Part shown: positions 56,388 to 59,854 of the stretch, piece by piece
How the letters are laid out: each line of letters begins with the position of its first letter
Position numbering within the stretch: the first letter of the stretch is position 1
From: a virus
Taxonomy: Duplodnaviria > Caudoviricetes
DNA: 59,854 bases
IMG/VR virus record: IMGVR_UViG_3300038470_000079
Coordinates: 1-59,854 of that record
Reading direction: 5' to 3' (one strand)
Program-made: the position numbers and the translations under genes
The notes under the pieces: model-generated
What the model was told of the DNA's origin: nothing
Database searches by the model: none
What the model saw: only the letters and a program-made list of their open reading frames with translations

Positions 56388-56785
56388 CAGAGACTGTTAC
56401 CCTTGGCAGGCGCGACGATGTACGGCTGCTTGCCCGGCGCCGGGATGATCGCGCAGCCGGTGAAGCGCCGCCACTTCGTCTCCTGGCCCGACACGATCTG
56501 CGCCCTGTTGAGCACCATGATCTGCTTGGCGGCTGCCATGCACGACTTCAGGTCGGTGAAGACCGCACCGTCGATGTCGTACCCTTCCGCGGCCCCGGCA
56601 TTCGGTGCCTGCTCCAGCGGCTGGTGGATCACGGACATGACCACCACGACATCGGACGTGTTGTCGGCCTCGGCCTGTGCGGATTCGAGGGCCTTACCTT
56701 TCGCATGCAGCGGCAGGAGCAGTGCGGCCAGGACCGCGAGAGCCACGACGGCCCAGAACACGAGACGGATGAGCTTCGAACGCAT
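56387..56785 (-). CDS. Membrane-anchored or exported protein
   Basis: SD GGAGG, N-terminal TM/signal, F....SC..AA...C. Confidence 0.6.
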   Translation of the reverse strand: MRSKLIRLVFWAVVALAVLAALLLPLHAKGKALESAQAEADNTSDVVVVMSVIHQPLEQAPNAGAAEGYDIDGAVFTDLKSCMAAAKQIMVLNRAQIVSGQETKWRRFTGCAIIPAPGKQPYIVAPAKGNSL

Positions 56786-56837
56786 GAGCGCCTCCAGCAG
56801 AAAGTGCCGCACTGAACACCGTGCGGCGGGGTGTGTT

Positions 56838-57293
56838 TCAGTCGATCAGGATCAGCGCACTCGGCGGGTATGCCAGGCCGTCATCGAGCAGGATGCCGTT
56901 GCCCGGCATGTAGATCGCGGCCACGGTCTTGAAGGCGTTGACCTGGGATGCGTGGCTGTTGGTCCACTCACCACCCCAGCCGGGATCAGCCGGCGGGTCG
57001 CCACTGATCGGGTCCACCGGATCCACGACTTGCACCCGCAAGCCCGGCAAGAAAACCCGCTCGTTGAACCCACTGTCGGTATCCATGAACGCGGCTTTGG
57101 CACCGGCCGGCAACGGCGGACCATCGACACCGAAGGCCTTGCTGAACTCGTCGGTGACGACGGTGGCCACCAACCGAGCATCACGCACCGTGTTTTCGAG
57201 GTTTTCGGGATCGATCGACCCCATGAACGCCTCGCGCCAGATCTCGCGACGTTCCTTGGCGAGCTCGCGTTGCAGCTTCTTGTTCCCGTTCAT
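56838..57293 (-). CDS. Hypothetical protein
   Basis: MNGNKKL..., SD AAAGGA, ATGA overlap with the Cro-like gene. Confidence 0.65.
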   Translation of the reverse strand: MNGNKKLQRELAKERREIWREAFMGSIDPENLENTVRDARLVATVVTDEFSKAFGVDGPPLPAGAKAAFMDTDSGFNERVFLPGLRVQVVDPVDPISGDPPADPGWGGEWTNSHASQVNAFKTVAAIYMPGNGILLDDGLAYPPSALILID

Positions 57294-57544
57294 TTGGATC
57301 CTTTCTGCTGCTTCTCGCAGCGCTTGGCGTATTCGCAGTTGGCGCACGCCGTGGCCAACGTGCTCTGAGGGATGATCAGTTTCATGCGCAGCGCCGCCTT
57401 GCGGATGCGCAGCGCCGCGTCGGCACTCGGTGTCCGCCACCCCGATGCATACTGGCGCATCGTGCCGCGGGGGATACGGGCGAGGTCGGCGAGCTTGTCG
57501 CGTTGCTCGGTGTCCAGGTCCTGCAGGAGGGTCTTGGTCATCAT
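57290..57544 (-). CDS. Cro/YdaS-like HTH regulator with C-terminal CxxC
   Basis: RDKLADLA....GTMRQYASG.R.PS...A.RI; first gene of the leftward operon. Confidence 0.75.
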   Translation of the reverse strand: MMTKTLLQDLDTEQRDKLADLARIPRGTMRQYASGWRTPSADAALRIRKAALRMKLIIPQSTLATACANCEYAKRCEKQQKGSK

Positions 57545-57551
57545 GGGTCCC

Positions 57552-57590
57552 AATGTAGCATTTGCTGCAACGTCAAACAAGGGCTAAAAT
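57552..57590. promoter_or_regulatory. Overlapping divergent promoters with a 16-bp operator (57554-57569)
   Basis: Leftward TTGTTT-N17-TACATT, 7 nt before ATG 57544. Rightward TTGCTG(57562)-N17-TAAAAT(57585). Confidence 0.6.
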
Positions 57591-57596
57591 CATGCC

Positions 57597-57688
57597 TGCC
57601 GGTTCTTCGGAGCGCCGGCAAGTCGGGCTAGTCCCAACCTACGCCCGATGTTCAAACCCTTACGCCCACTTCGGTGGGCGTTCTTTTT
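57597..57688 (+). ncRNA. Candidate ~90-nt three-hairpin small RNA
   Basis: Upstream promoter; hairpins at 57597-57620 (UUCG loop) and 57623-57648; terminator at 57662-57688. Confidence 0.55.
57662..57688 (+). terminator. Rho-independent terminator
   Basis: acgcccac-ttcg-gtgggcgt followed by tcttttt. Confidence 0.8.
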
Positions 57689-57708
57689 GCACGCTGTTGC
57701 AAAAAGGC

Positions 57709-57736
57709 TTGCAACGCTTGCAGCAACTGCTACACT
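57709..57736 (+). promoter_or_regulatory. Rightward promoter for the replication operon with operator copy (57719-57734)
   Basis: TTGCAA-N16-TACACT overlapping TGCAGCAACTGCTACA. Another copy lies at 57819-57834. Confidence 0.55.
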
Positions 57737-57751
57737 CGGCGCTCGTTTTCC

Positions 57752-57991
57752 GTGAAACCGGACCCAGAGGTGGGGATCGTGGTAGTACGCCTGCGCTTGT
57801 GGTGGCTGCGCCTTTGTCTGAAGCATTTGCTGCAACGCCTCAATCACCTTGCGAACGAACGTGACCACGCACTGTTCTGCTACGACATGGAGGTCGTCGA
57901 TGAAGTAGAAGCCAAAATCCGCCGCATCAGTCGTCGCTGTGCGCGCTTCGGCGCCGCCATCACCTACATCAACCAACGAAGGAAATCATGA
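57752..57991 (+). CDS. Hypothetical protein (start uncertain)
   Basis: ATGA overlap with the gene at 57988. Confidence 0.4.
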   Translation: MKPDPEVGIVVVRLRLWWLRLCLKHLLQRLNHLANERDHALFCYDMEVVDEVEAKIRRISRRCARFGAAITYINQRRKS

Positions 57992-58464
57992 CCGTCCAAG
58001 TGACCATGACCTTTGCCACCGCGGCGGAAGCAGCCAGCGCGCTCGCACGCATGACCGGTGGCACCAAGGACGCACCGAACCCTCAGGCAAAGCCTGCGGC
58101 GACGGAAGCCGCTGCCGCTTCTTCGCCGCCTGCCGCGTCGGCAGCTGCATCCGAGACGAAGGCGCCGGCATCGACGAAGCCGCCCGCCGCTTCGCCGAAG
58201 CCCGAACCCGACAAGCCCAAGGCCCCGCCGCCCCCGCCCCTGCCGGCTGAACCCGAGGTCAAGTACGCGACCTCCGGTCTGCCCGAACTGATCAAGGAAG
58301 CCCAGGTCGCCGGCCGGATCGCCGACGTGAAGGCCTACCTGGCCGAGGTCGGCGTGGAGAAGGGCCCGCAGCTCGACACGAAGGGCGCCGACGCCATCGC
58401 CAAGGTGAAGGCCAAGGTGGAAGCCCTGGTCGCCGAGATCAAGGCCGCGGAAAGCGTGGCGTGA
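57988..58464 (+). CDS. Ala/Pro-rich protein upstream of the DUF2800 exonuclease
   Basis: SD AAGGA, low-complexity linker, small helical C-terminal domain. Confidence 0.7.
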   Translation: MTVQVTMTFATAAEAASALARMTGGTKDAPNPQAKPAATEAAAASSPPAASAAASETKAPASTKPPAASPKPEPDKPKAPPPPPLPAEPEVKYATSGLPELIKEAQVAGRIADVKAYLAEVGVEKGPQLDTKGADAIAKVKAKVEALVAEIKAAESVA

Positions 58465-58609
58465 CCCTGACCGCGCTGGCGCAGGCGCTGCAAGAGGCCG
58501 GTCTGCGGTCTCCAGTGTCGCGCTGGCGCGATCTCCAACACTCACCGTGGGTGGCCTTGCGATACCAGATCGTGCACCACCCGCGCTACGACTTCAGAAC
58601 CGTACTCAA

Positions 58610-59854
58610 ATGAGCGATCACGCGCGTCTGAGCCCCAGCGGCTCCAAGAAGTGGTTCGCTTGCCCTGGCTCGTTGGCCCTCGAAGCCTTCGTCCCGAACG
58701 TGCCCAACGACTACAGCGACGACGGCACCGCGTGCCACCACGTGCTGGAGCAGTGCCTGAAGCAGCACATCGCCGGCTTGCCGGGCACCGACGCCGATGC
58801 GTACGTCGGCGACGAGATCCCGGTGAACGGATCCGATGAGCCGGAGCGCCTCTTCGAGTTCACCGACACGATGGCCGAGAAGACGCAGATCGTGATCGAC
58901 GGCGTGATCGCCCTGGCCGGTGAAGACATTCTCACGGCTGAAGAGCGCGTCGACTTCAGCGAAGACATCGCGATCCCGGACCAGTTCGGCACGCTGGACG
59001 TGTCGATCCTGCGTGTCGCGTTGAAGGAACTGTGCATCGCTGACGCGAAGTTCGGCTACCGGCCGGTGCCGGTGGAGCGCAACACGCAACTCATGACCTA
59101 CGCGCTGGCGAAGTACCGCCAGATCGAACTGATCTACGAGGTCGAGACCGTCCGGTTCTTCATCTTTCAGCCGACACTGCGGACCGAACCGTTCGAGTGG
59201 TCGTGCACGATCGAGGAACTGCTGGCCTTCGCCAGCACGCTGCGCAGCAAGGGTTGCAGCGTGCAGCTCGCCCAGCGCGAGTTCGATGACTGGCTACTGG
59301 ACACGCATGAGCCCCTCGACGGTGCCCCGTTCGATCTGCCCGCGGCGCTGCTGGACATGCACCCGCGCCTGAAGCAGTGGGCCGAAACCTTCCTGAACCC
59401 GCGCCCGAACGCCGAAGAGTGCGCCTTCTGCCGCGTGATGCACTGCTGCCCGAATGCGAGCCTCGAATTGCAGCGCCTGGCCGACGCGAACTTCGGCGTG
59501 ATCGCCGAGGACGAAGCCGCGGGCCGCGCTGCCGTGAACGCGGTCCAGAACTACTCGGCGCCGCGCCTGTCCGAAGCGATGAAGGCCGCGCCCTTCATGG
59601 AGGACTGGATCACCGCCGTGCGGGCCGAGACCGAGCGCAAGCTGCTGCGCGGCGAGGAAGTGGAGGGTTTCGGCTTGCAGCTGGGCCGCCAGGGCATTCG
59701 GCGCTGGAGGGATGCGGCCGAGGCCGAGGCCGAGTTCAAGCGCCAGCGCCTGAACATCGAGCAGATGTACAACCTCAAGCTGATCAGTCCCACGCAGGCC
59801 GAGAAGCTGGCCAAGGTGAAGAAGCCCAAGAAGGGCGAACAAGCCGTGAAGCCG
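58610..59854 (+). CDS. DUF2800 / Cas4-like PD-(D/E)XK exonuclease, N-terminal part (continues across the join to 304; ~473 aa total)
   Basis: ATG at 58610: MSDHARLSPSGSKKWFACPGS...GTACHHVLE...FGTLDV...IADAKFGYRPV...NTQLMTYAL...CAFCRVMHCCP. In frame with ORF 38..304. Missed by the ORF track because it has no stop inside the window. Confidence 0.85.
   Translation, partial: MSDHARLSPSGSKKWFACPGSLALEAFVPNVPNDYSDDGTACHHVLEQCLKQHIAGLPGTDADAYVGDEIPVNGSDEPERLFEFTDTMAEKTQIVIDGVIALAGEDILTAEERVDFSEDIAIPDQFGTLDVSILRVALKELCIADAKFGYRPVPVERNTQLMTYALAKYRQIELIYEVETVRFFIFQPTLRTEPFEWSCTIEELLAFASTLRSKGCSVQLAQREFDDWLLDTHEPLDGAPFDLPAALLDMHPRLKQWAETFLNPRPNAEECAFCRVMHCCPNASLELQRLADANFGVIAEDEAAGRAAVNAVQNYSAPRLSEAMKAAPFMEDWITAVRAETERKLLRGEEVEGFGLQLGRQGIRRWRDAAEAEAEFKRQRLNIEQMYNLKLISPTQAEKLAKVKKPKKGEQAVKP
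59728..59854. repeat. Terminal direct repeat copy 2
   Basis: Identical to 1-127. Confidence 0.95.

Noticed and set aside
57648-57660. tRNA gene suggested by a GTTCAAACCC T-loop-like sequence
   Set aside because: The flanks do not form T-arm, acceptor or anticodon stems.

Overview
The window is an apparently complete, circularly assembled genome of a GC-rich tailed dsDNA phage of about 59.7 kb. Bases 1-127 recur exactly at 59728-59854 and an exonuclease ORF reads through the join. The virion is probably podovirus-like and the host probably a proteobacterium (both inferred). Four blocks are visible. (1) A + strand replication operon wraps the join: Cas4-like DUF2800 exonuclease, an Acb2-like anti-CBASS sponge, DUF2815 SSB, family A DNA polymerase, VRR-NUC and SNF2 helicase. 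It is followed by three nucleotide-pool enzymes and a ~6.5 kb cluster of putative glycosyltransferases, methyltransferases and a minimal kinase. (2) A - strand block runs from terminase through portal, scaffold, capsid, tail and ejection proteins to lysis genes (16.3-40.5 kb). (3) A + strand array of small early-type genes contains mosaic duplications and a 25 x 18-bp repeat gene (41.6-47.2 kb). (4) A - strand block runs from a Cro-like gene to a primase-helicase that appears split in two by a ~2.3 kb multi-gene cassette, ending at a candidate origin. I recognised no integrase, tRNA, CRISPR array, reverse transcriptase or PurZ. The best leads are the glycosylation/methylation cluster, the split primase-helicase, two unannotated structured RNAs (1321-1503 and ~57597-57688), two families of operator/promoter motifs, and short peptide motifs shared by unrelated proteins. 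All family calls come from motif recognition by eye, not database searches.
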